DNA of 64,000 nt from Utricularia gibba (GCA_002189035.1 CM007992.1:744001-808000), one strand, 5' to 3'; positions 26,499 to 40,224 are shown, counted from the first letter of the stretch. The notes: generated by a model not told the origin, from the sequence alone. Translations and numbers: made by a program.

Positions 26499-26802
26499 AA
26501 TTGTGGCATCGCTGGCTTCCGCCCCCTCTAGGTTATGCCGCTTTCACCACCGGTAATTCCTTGCTCCTGATTTCGTCTCCGATGGTATTTTTTAATTCTC
26601 TCGGTTGATTCGATTAGATCTAATATTTTCCATGTCCTGTGTTGAAAGGATTCGATCGATTTAGGGTTTTGTGACTTTGATCGCGATTGATTGTGGATAT
26701 GACGTTATTTTGGTTGATATCGTTTCCATGTCCATCTGGTTTTGTTCTGTGTTATCAGGTTTTCTTGGATACCAATTCGGAAGGATCGGTGATAGGTAGG
26801 AT

Positions 26803-26928
26803 ATGGAGCAAGTTTGCGTCTCGTCAGATTCCTTCCTGCGACGAGTTTCCGGTTTCAAGGAATTATTTTATTGGCGGCTTTTCATCATTGGAGTTTTTCT
26901 TATGGCTTCCTTTCAAAACTGTACTTAG
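26803..26928 (+). CDS. Conserved-peptide upstream ORF (41 aa) in the leader of the MAK-like kinase
   Basis: ATG 26803 to TAG 26928 encodes MEQVCVSSDSFLRRVSGFKELFYWRLFIIGVFLMASFQNCT. Length and the MEQV...R...F.E...WR......FL..SF.NCT pattern match my recollection of the CPuORF upstream of Arabidopsis At4g19110/At5g45430. Confidence 0.85.
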   Translation: MEQVCVSSDSFLRRVSGFKELFYWRLFIIGVFLMASFQNCT

Positions 26929-27753
26929 TGGAGAAAAAGTTCTCAAGTAAACTGCATGCGGCTGAATGCATGCTTCCAGTAACAGGATGCTGAATTTTCT
27001 ATGTGCTTCGTTAAGTGAGTTGAATTCCATCTTGTACTTGATGAATTTTTTGAACTTGCTGCCGTGGGTTTACTAATATGACTTTCTTCGCTTCTAAAGT
27101 TGATAGTGTGGTGTAGATGCAGCCTCCGTTCAGATTATCTCTTTTCTTGAGGTAGTTTTTTTTTTTTTTTTTTTTTGGTAATCCTTCAATTGGAATCTTT
27201 GTTATATTTTGATGAAGAACCTACTATCTAAATTTGATTTTCGTTTTGTGTTTCACGTAGGACTCACTCTTCAAGTGCCACGGAAGTTTCTGCATTATCT
27301 GGGTTTTTTTCTGCTCGTGTGAGATTGTATAGTGTAAGTCATCATCCTGCACGTCTTGGCAATGGTCAGTTGATGGCATGACGGTTCTTCTGTGGGCTAT
27401 ATTCATCTGCTGGTGAAAATTTTGTGAAGTTTGGGGTTGGTAACGGCTTATCACGAACTTGATCCATTTGGAAGAAACTGATCTTGACTCCCGTTTCTTA
27501 CCATCATGATGGTTCAGCGGTATCACACTACCAAAGCTATGATTTGATGTCTTAACTGCTTATGGCTGTGGATCCCATCAGTTATGCCTATGAGTTTGAG
27601 CAGTTGAGGAATTGATGGTGGATTCTGTCGTATTGTTTAGGAATATTAGCAGTATCTGTCCTCGGTTTTAGTAGAAATAGAAATTCAGCACAAGTTTTTG
27701 ATACTCGACGTTCTCTGAATAAGCAGTGTTAAGAAGCCATTGCAGTTACAATA

Positions 27754-30440
27754 ATGGAAAGGTGAGAGATTCAGTTTCTGGCGCTTATTCATTTTCCCAC
27801 GCTGGTTCAGAAACTATAAGCCTTGGTGCAGGTATAAAGTCATTAAAGAAGTTGGTGATGGTACATTCGGAACTGTGTGGCGTGCTATAAGCAAGCAATC
27901 TGGGGAAGTGGTAAGCACAGTACTCCCTACGGTTCCTCTTTATGCACTTCTTCTTATTCCTGTTCAAAGATGTGCTTATGATGTTTGCAGGTTGCAATTA
28001 AGAAGATGAAAAAAAAGTATTATTCGTGGGAAGAATGTGTCAATCTCAGAGAAGTAAAGGTGACATCCGCATCATAATTATGCAGTGTATTGAACACTTT
28101 ATTCCATGCTAATTGCTTCTTTTTTATCTGGCATCCAGTCACTGAGGAAAATGAACCACAAGAATGTTGTAAAACTTAAGGAAGTTATTCGGGAGCACGA
28201 TGTTCTTTACTTTGTTTTTGAGTACATGGTATGCATCATCTCTCTGCCGTCATACTGCATTGGCAATGTTTTTTCTTTGATCCAAGTCATAATTTTCTAT
28301 ACAGACTTGCAATCTATACCAACTTATGAAGGACCGTGGGAGTTTTTTTTCTGAGGCGGAAGTGAAGAATTGGTGCTTCCAAGTCTTTCAGGGTCTTGCT
28401 TACATACATCAGCGTGGTTACTTCCATCGTGATCTCAAACCAGGTCAATTTCGGTGCTTTTTTTTTTGGTAACGTACTTGATGATCTCAGATATAATTTG
28501 ATTGCAAGAAATGGTTGATTCGAATTGGGGCGTGATCCCTTTCAAACTATGGTGATCCATTCCTGTTATCCTGCATGCTCATTGTAGTGTATTTTTGGTC
28601 ACGTGCTCCTCTTTCTGATCATTCAGAGAACTTGCTCGTGTCCAAGGATGTTATAAAAATTGCTGACTTTGGTCTGGCACGTGAGATAAATTCTGAACCT
28701 CCATTCACAGAATATGTTTCAACTCGCTGGTGGGTAGATGGCTTCACATAATTTTCTTCTGTGCTGACCTTTTCCTAAGTCTTATAACTTTACTTTCAGG
28801 TACCGCGCCCCAGAGGTGTTACTCCAGTCTCCTGTGTATGGAGCTCCAGTTGGTGAGTGTATTTTACTTGGCCAGATAGTTTTCTTTGGAGTTTTTTGAA
28901 GTTAAACTTTCTTATTTTTTACCAGATATGTGGGCTATGGGCGCAATCATGGCTGAGTTGTTCACTCTGCGGCCTCTTTTTCCTGGGTCTAGGTATTAAT
29001 CTAGCGCTTCATCTCTTTTTTCTTCATTTCGTGACTAGAAGGTTTCTGAGATGTTAGTTCGTGTATCGCAGTGAGGCTGATGAGATTTACAAGATATGCT
29101 GCGTACTCGGTAGTCCAACCAAGGATGTGTGGCCTGAGGGCCTGAAACTCGCTGATGCCATCAATTACCAATTTCCACGGGTAACAATTCTTCTATATTC
29201 ATAGAAGATACTGTCAATGATCCTTTTGTCTCCTTGATAAGAATTTCGAGTTTGTATCCGTGTTCTTATCCTATTCTTTTACAGGTTGCTGGAGTTCATC
29301 CTTCATTATTGATGCCAGGAGTCAATGAGGATGCCGTCAATCTTATAACGGTGAATTGCTCTCTATCCGTAATTTCATTTCGTGTAGCAAACTCACACTT
29401 TTCTTCCTTAATTCTAGTCTCTTTGCTCCTGGAACCCATACAAGAGACCATCAGCTTCTGAGGCTCTTCAGCACCCTTTCTTTCAGGTGGGGATCACTCG
29501 TTTAGTAATCTGTATATGCTTGCATGTTACGGCAACCTGTATATACTTACATGTTACCAATATGGCAGAGCTGTTACTACGTTCCTCCATTCCTGCGTCC
29601 GAAACTTGCTATTTCAAGAACCCCATATCCAGGTTGGTGTCTTAAAATCCCCAAAGTCACGTTTTTACGAAGACAATCTCACACTAGAAGTTAAGCAGCT
29701 TGTATTCTTGTAGCTGGAGCGAAGGGCAGTTTGCAGCAAGAGAATGAATGGAAGCTTTCGAGCAGCTTGTCAAACCCCAAGCCCTTTAATAACTTCACTG
29801 CTTCCAAGCCTCAGCCTTCTGCTAGCCCAGGTTCTTAAATCCGGTTCTTGCCTTTTTTTCATTTTGTTTATGACGTATCCTTTTCATGTGTCTTTACTTG
29901 TTCTCGTAACTTATGACAGTAGCAAGTATTGGCCCTGGGGTGCAACGGAAACTGAACCTGCATGATCAGGTTAGCATGGTCGCACCTTAGCGCAAATGCA
30001 TGTGATGCCTTCTGTGCTTATTTTTCCTAACCCATTCTTCGTTCGTCGCACAGGGTGCACCAAAAAGCCTCAAGAACTCCAGCTCCATCAAGCAACTGCC
30101 CAAGTATCGCCTTCCTGGAGCGAATATGCCAGGTAACCAACCAGACCACCACCAAGTAGTTATTTTCTTCTTGAACGGCAGGCATCCATCCCAATCAGCT
30201 ACGCTGCTGTTTAATGACACAGTTGTGAATAGCTCCACGAGAAGCGATTGCGTATCGGATGCATCGGAGAAGCTGTCGAACCTGAAGATGTCCCCTCGCA
30301 GGCCACTTGCGAAGCCGTCTGTGCTCCCACCCCCAGCCATGAAAGCAGGTGGATGGCATGGGAAGTCTGACGTGCTCATGCATCGATCCCAAGACGCCAT
30401 TCCGGGCAGAGCTGCGTGTGTCAGGAAGATAGCTGGCTGA
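27754..30440 (+). CDS. MAK/ICK-like (CDKF4-like) Ser/Thr protein kinase, many small exons
   Basis: MER|[73 protein letters not shown]|YRAPEV (TEY loop), and C-terminus [19 protein letters not shown]. Confidence 0.93.
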
Positions 30441-30682
30441 ATAAAAAAACATGAGGCACCGGATTGTGTGATCCAAACTCGGCTTGTGTTGTTCTGTTTC
30501 CAAGTATGTCCGTGTGTGTGTTTATTTTGTGTGTTATGCACTGACTACGATGGACTTGGTTGTTGGTTTGCAGTTGTTTTGGCTTGATTTGGGGAGCGGG
30601 CGCACTTATGATGGTTGCAACAATCATCCTTCCCTACTAAAAAGAAAGGAAGTAAAGCATTGGAATGGATATGATAAAACAG

Positions 30683-30700
30683 CCCCCCCCCCCCCCCCCC
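30683..30700. repeat. C18 homopolymer (G18 on minus strand) between convergent kinase and BRX-like 3' ends
   Basis: 18 consecutive C residues read directly. Confidence 0.9.
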
Positions 30701-30798
30701 AACTCGTATGGCTAAAATAAAAGAAGGCGCGGGCAGACAGCAGCAAAAACTCCCTCCTTTTTCCCCAGCCTCCTTCATATTGCGTCCTCCCTCAAGTC

Positions 30799-33214
30799 TT
30801 AAGATAGGTACTGGGACTGTATCCTGTCCCTGTTAGTGTCCCACCACAGCTTCGCGTGCACCTCGCCGAATTTTTCCCGGCTGCGGAAGCGGCGGAGAAA
30901 GAGCGGTAAGAATGATCCCACCCAGGAATGGGAATCAGAATTGTGTTCTGCTGTAGTAGTAGTAGTACCTGAATCGCACACGCCGAAGCTCTCGAGTGCC
31001 GTCGACTAGCTGCCTGATGGTGATGTAGACCCCTGGTTCATCTTCCTCGATCCACTCCGCATCGACTTCGCTCGCGTTGCTGATGGACACCGAGGCCTCT
31101 TCCCTAGACGACGTAGTGGTTCGCGACGCTTCCATCCCGAAGGCCTCGTCGGAACAGGAGGCGGCTGGTTCTGATGGTGGAATCGGCTGTACCTGGCTGG
31201 GGTTGGAGTGGTGATTCTTGGACTTTCCAGTCTTGAGTAGCTGGAGTCTCTCTGCAGTGTTGGTTGAGACACGTCATTCTTAGCATGCAAAAAAACAAAC
31301 CCATCCACCATCATGCATGATTCTACTTAAAATGGTCCCTACACTCACCCCATCTTCAGACCTCCCAGGGGTGTTGAGAGCTTGCTGATTGAATCTCTGG
31401 ACGTTGTAAAGCTCCATGATGCGGTCAAAGTTTTCACCCCACCACCTTTGGGCTTGCCACTTGTTGAACATCTCCCGGCTTCACAAACAAATAGAAGCTA
31501 CAGCTCCAGAAAGTTGCACAGGAAGCACGGCCAACAAGTGTTAGTTAGGCAGGAGGGTACCTGAAACGGATGCGTTTGAGATCATTTCCACCGCGGGGGA
31601 GAGACACGAATGTGATCTGCACTCCAGGATCCACTTGCGCCATCCATTCTTTGGGTTCAGAATCGTCATGTTGCAGCAGCACATCACTGGATCCAGATTC
31701 AGGAAGATTGTCGTTGTTACTAAATGCACTGAACCTTGAAAGCCCTGTGCTCCTCTTGTTGTTGTAATAATCCCACGCTGGAGTGGAGGAACAGCTCGAA
31801 CTTCCTATTCCCTGTTGACGTAGATATGATGGATGTGACCCCTCCTTCATTCTTTCAGCTTCTTTTCCTTTGTGAGATCCTGATACCTTCAGAGCCATGT
31901 CTTTTATCTGCATGCCGATCAAACCATGCATTCACTTCACAAGTACACTAAAAAACTTAATTGGATTCGATAATAAGACCAAGAGAGAATTGCATGAAAT
32001 TTACACATGCTCCAACACGAGTGATGATCAAATAAAGGGATCTTTAATTCAAAGGGAAAAAGCAATAAGATAAAGTGCGGTAAGGAACAAATATTTAAAG
32101 CCAGGGTGATTGATTTATTCCATTTCAGATGATTCGGTCCCTGCTTTAAGCAAGAAATCTGCCAGAATTTGACAAAAAGGACAGCAACTCTTTAGTATTC
32201 TGATGTCTTTTCTAAGATCCCTTTGAGAAGACTTGCACCAGAAACAGTAAGATTCTCTTCATTTCCAGTAAAGTAAGCTTGGCATCCATCCATCCATCAA
32301 GCATTATTGAATCCATAAACACACCTTTCTAAGCACCCATCAAGCATCAATTTCAAACTAGTCCGAAAGCAAAAGCTTAACACTAGAGTAGCATGGTCCA
32401 AAGTGCTTTACTAAGGCCCGTCTCCAATCCCAACAAATATAAAGGCAAGCCTCAAACTTTAGTTCACCACTTTGGCATATTTCAAAATGTAAAATTCAGA
32501 AACACGAGAAGATAAATAGAGCAGAGATAACAGTAACGGACAAGTTGGTAGGTGTAGGGACCGAGATTATCATCCCGACACATGATCCAAGGTCTGGGGC
32601 AACCAGTTCCACCCATAGGTTTAGGTCATCGTCTCTGCTGGTTCGGCCAGTGGCCACACCTATACTAAATAAATGAAGGTGCCTGATAGGTCACTTTCAT
32701 GCAGGATGTGCAGTTCCACGGGTGCTGCAATGCAATGACTCAATGTAACCATGCAGAGATGAAAAGACAGTCTTGTCCTTCCCCGCACCCCCAACACATC
32801 CAAATCAAGGGTTGGAGAGTTTACAGATTTTTTTTTAGGGACCAAGAAAGACATCGCTTTTCGAGGGCCCTGTCCACCCCATCATTGGACGTGGGAAAAG
32901 CAGTAGTGATGTGCGGGATCAGGTACTTGGGTTTTGGGGTTCGAAAAAGAGAACTTGCAGAAGATTAAATCAATATAAAGCAAAGGTAATGAAAAGCAAC
33001 CGAATGCGATTACTAATTCATGCGCCGATATTAAAAAAAAAGATTACTACTTCATGCTGCAAGCAAATGCAATGCTGAATTGGAGTGTAGATAGAAGAGG
33101 TCGTACCTGCGACGTCAGACTTTTCACGGGATCTTTAGTAATGGGAGACCCACGGGGAGCGTCCTCGTCGTCATCGTCCATTCGTTGCTTCGAGCAAGTG
33201 ATGCACGTCAACAT
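30799..33214 (-). CDS. BRXL: BREVIS RADIX family protein; apparent 1-bp frameshift near 31227-31228
   Basis: MLTCITCSKQ..KSLTSQ|IKDMALKVSG, BRX domain 1 EWMAQVDPGVQITFVSLPRGGNDLKRIRF|SREMFNKWQAQRWWGEN, BRX domain 2 EWIEEDEPGVYITIRQLVDGTRELRRVRF|SREKFGEVHAKLWWDTNRDRIQSQYL. Confidence 0.92.
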
Positions 33215-36200
33215 TTGTTAATTTTTGACTTCTCTTCGTGCTTTTCCCCTGCAAATGAACAAACGCACGATTTCTACATTCTGGGTGAAGATTAAAACTC
33301 TCTCTAGCTTTTCAAAAACCACATATTTAAGAGCCTTCACCAAGCCCGGTGGCTCATTACCCAGAAATCTTGCTTTCAATCACTGGAAAGACAAGGTAAT
33401 TTTGGGGAATGATGTCAAAATAGGGAGAAATGAGAATGACAAAAGAGCCAATTCTAAGGATTGGCAGATCATTCAATACTAATTATAGATGCTTTTCGCA
33501 CCCCAACAGCAGCCAATTGATTCTACGCTGCCTCTGTTTATGAACACAACCAAGAATGTCATTCTAACGCTGGGGTTTTTGAAACGGTGGTTACAGACTT
33601 ACAGTGGGGAATATGAAGTGTAATCAATGCAGAGACATTGGACTCCCCACAGGCTAAGCAATGAAGCTTCATGTGTAGCGAAACTTTCTCCTCAACCAAA
33701 GAATAACAAGGTGCGAGTGCAGTTAATAAAAAGAAGTAAAAAGGATGGCGAAGGGAAGCAGGGTTGGGGGTCAGCTGAAGCAGAGATTTAAGAAGCAAGA
33801 GAAACAGAGTAGGTGATGATGCATGTTGAATGAATGCGTAATTGAATGCGAAAATGGCAAAGTGGGCTGCTGCGGCTCTGCTTCCTCTTTGATGTCCACA
33901 AAAGTATATCAATAAAGTAGGTATGGATGGATATTTCTCTGCAGAAATGTCTGACTAGAAAAACAAACACAAATCTTAGGGATATTTCTCTGTAAAACCC
34001 ATTTCATGAATACCTTAAAATATCACAAGACTGATCGATGGATTCTAGAAAACTTGAAGAAGAATTTGCAGGAGAAATAAATGCAGAACAGCTACAATCA
34101 AAGCAGCATCTCTCAAAAGATATCAAGAATCCGAGCGAATAATAATTCAAGTTGATTGTGACTTACCTTAACTGAATACACGGTATCTCTCCCCCTCCTC
34201 CTTCACCAACTGCACTCTCTTCACATTTTTAAAAACGGGGACATAAATATAAGAATTGAGACATCAGAAACAAGCCACAGAGCAATACAGATACTAAGAT
34301 AGCACGCGCACCTCGAGGATGAAAACACTGCTCAAAATACAGAAATGTCGTAAGAAGCTGTAAATCTTAATGGGATTTTCAAAGACTCCTGAGCGAAGAC
34401 AAAAGGAGGAAGGTATTCGAAAACTCAGGAACCGGTCCCCGTGCAGTTACATGATTTCTCGGGCGCTAAAAAAACAGTGCTGGGAGGCAACAGAAACAAA
34501 AAAGAAGCTAGAATCTCAGAGTGCGACGTCCGGCAAACAGGTGAAATGTCGCTTCTCTAGCGTGTGAGAAAAATGGAAACGGAGGCGGAACCCATGCCTC
34601 ACGCCGTGGCAATTTATAGAGACGGGGACGCCGTCATCTCCCGTCGTTATCTCGCGGTAACACGAAGTGCGGTTGTACACGCCGAAGCGTGTGTTGTACC
34701 CCACAGCACACATGCGTAAGTAATCGAATTTTTTTAAAGTGGCGGGTCGGTTTTGTGTGTGGGAACTGGGAAGTTGCAGGGATTTGGGTGGACACAGGGG
34801 GCCTACGTGTCCAGAAACACACGTGGCGGTGCAGGATTTGCTGATAATGCAAACACCCTCTTCAAAATCTAGACAAGTTTTTTTTTTTTTTGGCGAAGGA
34901 ATTTTGAATCTGTAATCTTCGGTTCACACCAAACAAAAAAATTGCAATGCTCACGCCAACACTTTTGACTAATATGACACGTGTCATTTTTCTTCCATAT
35001 CTACCACAGCTAAACTTTAAAATATGGGATTAAATGTGATATTACAATTGATTCAATCACATTCATGATTTTTTAGATTCAATTCAATAAAGAAATAAAT
35101 TCCCTAAATTGCTATGGTCTTCCCTCACAATTCCCACTTTTCAACTAAAAACACACGGTACGTAAAAGGGGTCAAATTGGAACTTGAGTACCATAAAGAA
35201 ATAATACATGATTAACCCTACTTTTTGAAAAATACTATTCCAAATATAATTTTTTATCCACTATATTATTATTAGTTGTAGTAGTATTTCAACACAAAAT
35301 TCCAAGGGTTTCTAACTACCTACAAAACTGGGTAAAGTCGAACTCCAATCTTGAAACCAAAGCTTGGACCCGACACACTTTCACTAGGGAATCTACACGC
35401 AGGCCTGGTTAGTAGGTCACAAGATGAAGAAAAGGGAAAGTGGAAAGCACCAAGGTTGTTAGCGTTAACAAGGGATGAGATGTGATCTGATCTGTAAATC
35501 CACCAAACCAAATCCTTTTCCTTGTTCCCAAGGCAGGCTTTTAACCCCGCTTTAGTTATAAGCTTTCCTTTTCAGAATAACTTCGATACTCTGCTACGTA
35601 AGATCTTGTTTTTTTGTTGAAAGAAGGAACCAGTTCCAATAGGCATCCCTTCTTTAGTGTGTACCTGGAGTATGGGATTGCCAGCCCAGTCATCTCTTTC
35701 CTCATCTCCATCATTCTCATTCTTTATTCACGCCTGCCCTGAGCACTAACCATGATCTAAGCTCTTTAGGGTTAGTGTTTCTACTCATTAGATGCAAATG
35801 CATATCAACACCTTATTTCTATTGCACTTTATAAGGAATACAGCAAAGCATCCTCCACCTTTCGCTTTATTGATCACATCAGTCAGTGAACTCTCACTTT
35901 CTCTTAGTTCTATCGTCTTGAACATCTGTTCCCTAAAACTTCACATGACTGGTCCTGGGGATGGCATCTTATTAAGGGAAGGGTTTCTAAGAGAGCATTG
36001 AAAAGGAGAAGGGATCCATGAATAATGTGGTGATGTGAAGCAAGCTTATTGTAAGCACCACTACACTAATAACCAAAGTTAGTGTACTGGAGGAGTAGAA
36101 CATTTGACTATTGATATTCTAAAGGGAGATCGGATCAAGTTAGCATATGCCACCCATGATTTATGCTGTTGTCATCATGCTACAAAGGCTTATGTGAACC

Positions 36201-36684
36201 CAAGTTGAGATGGTAAAGGTTTCTGTTCGATCTCACTCAGAAATTGAAAACTATGAAGCCCATGTTGGAAGGTAAGAGAAGAGCACAGGGATCACCTAGT
36301 GGATTATGTGTTTCTATATAGCCCAAAACAACTCGACCTTAATGGGGTTGTAGAACTAGTTCTCATCCGAATGAAGGCCCACAACATTAGCCTAGCCCAA
36401 GAGGAATGGCAGCATTGGCACCTCCCATGCCCACTCAATCCCCATTGGAGGTTGGATCCAATCACAGAGATTCTATTGCATCGGAGATTCTGTAACTAAC
36501 ATAGAGAACCGGGAACCCAACTATGGGAAAACACATTCACTAGACTCAACTTATAAGCACACGTTATATTTCTATAGTTCTGGGCAAGATGAAGGGTAAA
36601 CTGCCTGGCAGTTTTTATGGATATCATTAGTTCTAGAAAGTCAAGATACTACTACTTACCTCTAAGAACATGCAGGAATGTAAC

Positions 36685-37578
36685 TCATGCAGCATCAGCT
36701 GAGATCCCAAATCTCTGGCGAAGTGATTGGATGCTTTTCTCGGAAGCTTTTGCAAGCTCGATGATGGATGTTTTGCGAACTGAAATCATATATCATGTTA
36801 CAAAAAATATAGAAACTGAAGCTCGGCATCCTTGATGAGTTCTGAATGTCAACTTACAATGATTAGCGCTAGCCTGAGTTTCAGATATGAAGTCTGCGAA
36901 TGAAGCCTGGATTGATGACAATACGAATGCGAGATCACCTTATGATTGATGTAAATGACTCAGAGTGAAAGCAGATCCCTCACCTTCATCGCCTCTCGTC
37001 CTTCATTGATTCCGTCAGATACCTTCTTGTATTCTTTTTCTGCTTCATCTGCCATTTTTCGACACTCTTGAGCCCCTACCTGTTACGAGAATAACATTAT
37101 GAAGATATATCAATCATTCCATGCCTACAATTGGCTCTGTAGCAGGCAAATGCTTTCAAAATCCACGAAGATCGCAGACCTTGTAGCGTTTCTGAATACG
37201 ACAAACAGAAGCCTCAACATCCTTCAGAATCTCCCGATGCGATTTCTCGAGCAGTCGCTTGAGTGAATCCAAATTCGAGTTCGCTAAATCTTTCAAATCA
37301 GAAATCGTATTGACATTTCGATTCGGAGATAGAGATAATCCAGTAGGTTGTTGCATCGCCTTGGAAGCCGACGCGCGTGATCTAGCGACACTGCTGCTTT
37401 TCTTGCTTAAGGAGTTGGCGATATCGCACAATCCGTCAAAATTGAGAGCGAAAGTGAGCGGCGGCGAGTTCTCATTCAGCGCAATCGGACTCCGTGTCTC
37501 CACCTTCGCCAATGGCGGATCCAGCGGCGATTCCAAAAGCTTCGCTGCTGAAGATTTCCTAGTTGCTCTCTTCCTCAT
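36685..37578 (-). CDS. ASY4: ASY4-like meiotic chromosome-axis coiled-coil protein (4 exons)
   Basis: ISDLKDLANSNLDSLKRLLEKSHREILKDVEASVCRIQKRYK|..MADEAEKEYKKVSDGINEGREAMK|ASFADFISETQASANH|VRKTSIIELAKASEKSIQSLRQRFGI resembles my recollection of the ASY4 (At2g33793) C-terminal half. Consistent GT-AG splice sites. Confidence 0.7.
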
Positions 37579-38627
37579 CTCGTCGCACTCTCTCGTTCCC
37601 TCCAAACGCAGTTTTCAATAGAGAGCACTAAGCGCGATGCTTTTCCCCAACTGAAGACTGTAATGCCTAATATCTATTTTGGAGAAAATTCAAAATATTT
37701 AATTTAATTTTTTAGTTTACAATTCTAAAATATATTCTTTTTTTATAATTCTATATTATAAATAGAAGAATATAGTTTGTTTTGTTAGAAGTTTTTTCTG
37801 GAAAGAGAATGTTATGAAATAACTAAAAATAAGAATTGTTTTAGTAAAATCATTCTAATGCTGAGAACAAAACTTTACTAAATATATCCATCAAGTGAAT
37901 ATTATATATTATTTAATTTAAATACTAAATTTTTATGATTTTACCTAGAATCAATATATAAACACGATATATAGTCTATTTGTATAATATTATTTATTTT
38001 AAGTATTCAACTATCACGATTTTACATGTTATCATTATGAGTAAAATACATCATCTAAGATTAAGAAGATATATCTATTTAATCATATACTTTCGTTTGC
38101 TCGTAATTAATATGATATACTATCGTTAGACCTTTTAAATTTATATATGTAAATAATCTCTTCAACTAAGAGATTAAAAGAAATCATACAATAATAATTA
38201 CGACATTTGGTATTATAACCAAATCCAAATGTGTAATGGATGATGAAATGAGCATCCAACAGAACGGTGAAGTTGCTTAAAGGGAGAGAGATTAAATGAT
38301 ATTCCAATATAACTCTTATATCATTCATTTTGAGAATTAAATTATTAATATTTTTTTAAAAAAAAAAAACAACAAACTCGGTCTAAAGCGAAGAACCAAT
38401 CCTCGAATGGTGATGGCGAGGAAGCCAAGGTGACAACGCAGACCAAGGGATGAGAGAATCCTTGGTTGGAGTCCCCCACCTCCAACCTGGTGCTGGCTCG
38501 ACAGCTTTTCTCGACACTTCACGGAAATCGATGCCTAATGCGCCCCAGCTTCCTATAAGTTGACTTCTTTCATATGTGTACATGACACACACGCTCCCAT
38601 TCATCCTCCCACCTTTCCGCAATAGTC

Positions 38628-40224
38628 ATGAGTCTCTTCGGCCTGGGGAGGTGATTTTGATTTCCCTTCAAAGAAAGCCTTTCTTGTTGGCGTGATTTTT
38701 GTAGCAAGATCTGGTGCTTTCTGAATTGGGTTTCTGGTTGACGTTCCATGTATTGCTTTTTATTCAGTAATGACATATGGGTTGTTTGCGGATCATGGTA
38801 TTTTGATTTGATTTAGCATGATTAGGGGAATCTGATCCAAGGGGTTTCCTTTGATCGGAACGTTCGGTGTCATTAGAATTGAGAGCTTGATTAGATGGTA
38901 GAACAGAACCCCTTCCTTGGTCACTGGCCGCAATCAAATCTGATGTGCAATTCAATGGTATTAGGTGCTACTGGGTTGCTTGCTTCAACCCATTTCTGTG
39001 GGCAACCTTGTTGTTTTATCCATTGGTTTACTGGGATCTCTCTCTAATACGTTCTTACCTTCGACTTGAATGTTTTGGGCAGAAATCAGAAGACTTTCCG
39101 CCCTAAGAAAAGTGCCCCATCAGGAAGCAAGGTAGACCTGATTTTATAACAACTTAATGCTTATGACACTAGAGATTTAAAAACCTATGCTTTTCATCGA
39201 ATCAGTTGGTTGTTGCCCTTTTGATTTTGAATTCTGCATTGCAGGGTGCACAGCTGAGACAACATATTGATGCAACTTTGGGTAGTGGGAACTTGAGAGA
39301 AGCTGTGAGGCTACCTCCCGGAGAAGATATCAATGAATGGCTAGCTGTCAACAGTATTCTCCTTTTTCTCTCCATCATTCTTTGGACGCTGTGTTTGTGT
39401 TTCCTTGTTATTGTTCTGCATCTTAAGATGATTCTACAACTAAAGTGCTCTTCTTTTTTTATTCTCCAGCTGTGGATTTCTTCAACCAGGTGAATCTTTT
39501 GTATGGCACTCTCACAGAGTTCTGCACCTCTGAGAACTGCCCTACAATGTCTGCTGGTCCTAAGTATGTGCTAATCTTTTCCACATTTTGTTAGCATGAA
39601 AAAAAAAAAAAAGAAGAAAGCTTAGGAAAACTCCTCCTTTTACTGCTGATTCGCAGAGTCTTTCAATATGAAAACCAAATTATATGCAGGTATGAGTACA
39701 GATGGGCAGATGGGGTGCAGATCAAAAAGCCAATTGAGGTTTCTGCTCCCAAGTATGTCGAATATTTGATGGTTTGGATCGAAACACAGCTAGACGATGA
39801 GTCCATCTTTCCCCAAAGACTAGGTACTGTACATGTTACCAATCTAATTCATCCAAAGAAATGGAGTTCACTGCATTCCATGTTCACTCCAACTTTGCTA
39901 ACCAGAGGATGGATGCAGGCGCCCCGTTTCCCCTGAATTTCAAAGAGGTAGTGAAGACGATATTCAAACGGCTTTTCCGTGTTTATGCACATATATACCA
40001 CTCCCACTTTCAGAAGATTGTGAGCCTCAAGGAGGAGGCTCATCTAAACACCTGCTTCAAGCATTTCATCCTTTTTACCTGTGTAAGTCCTTCCTCCATT
40101 CCTGATGCTCATGCCTCGAACACATTCCATTTCATGGCTTTGCTTTCTGCAGGAATTTCAGCTGATTGACAAGAAGGAACTTGCTCCTCTTCAAGAGCTC
40201 ATAGAGACCATTGTGCCATATTAG
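38628..40224 (+). CDS. MOB1: MOB kinase activator MOB1
   Basis: MSLFGLG|[17 protein letters not shown]|[36 protein letters not shown] ... [16 protein letters not shown] ... [15 protein letters not shown]; TAG at 40222-40224. Confidence 0.96.

Noticed and set aside
39772-39774. MOB1 YLMVWIE instead of the usual plant YLMDWIE
   Set aside because: This position varies among MOB1 proteins (Thr in the animal sequence as I recall), so it is probably tolerated.
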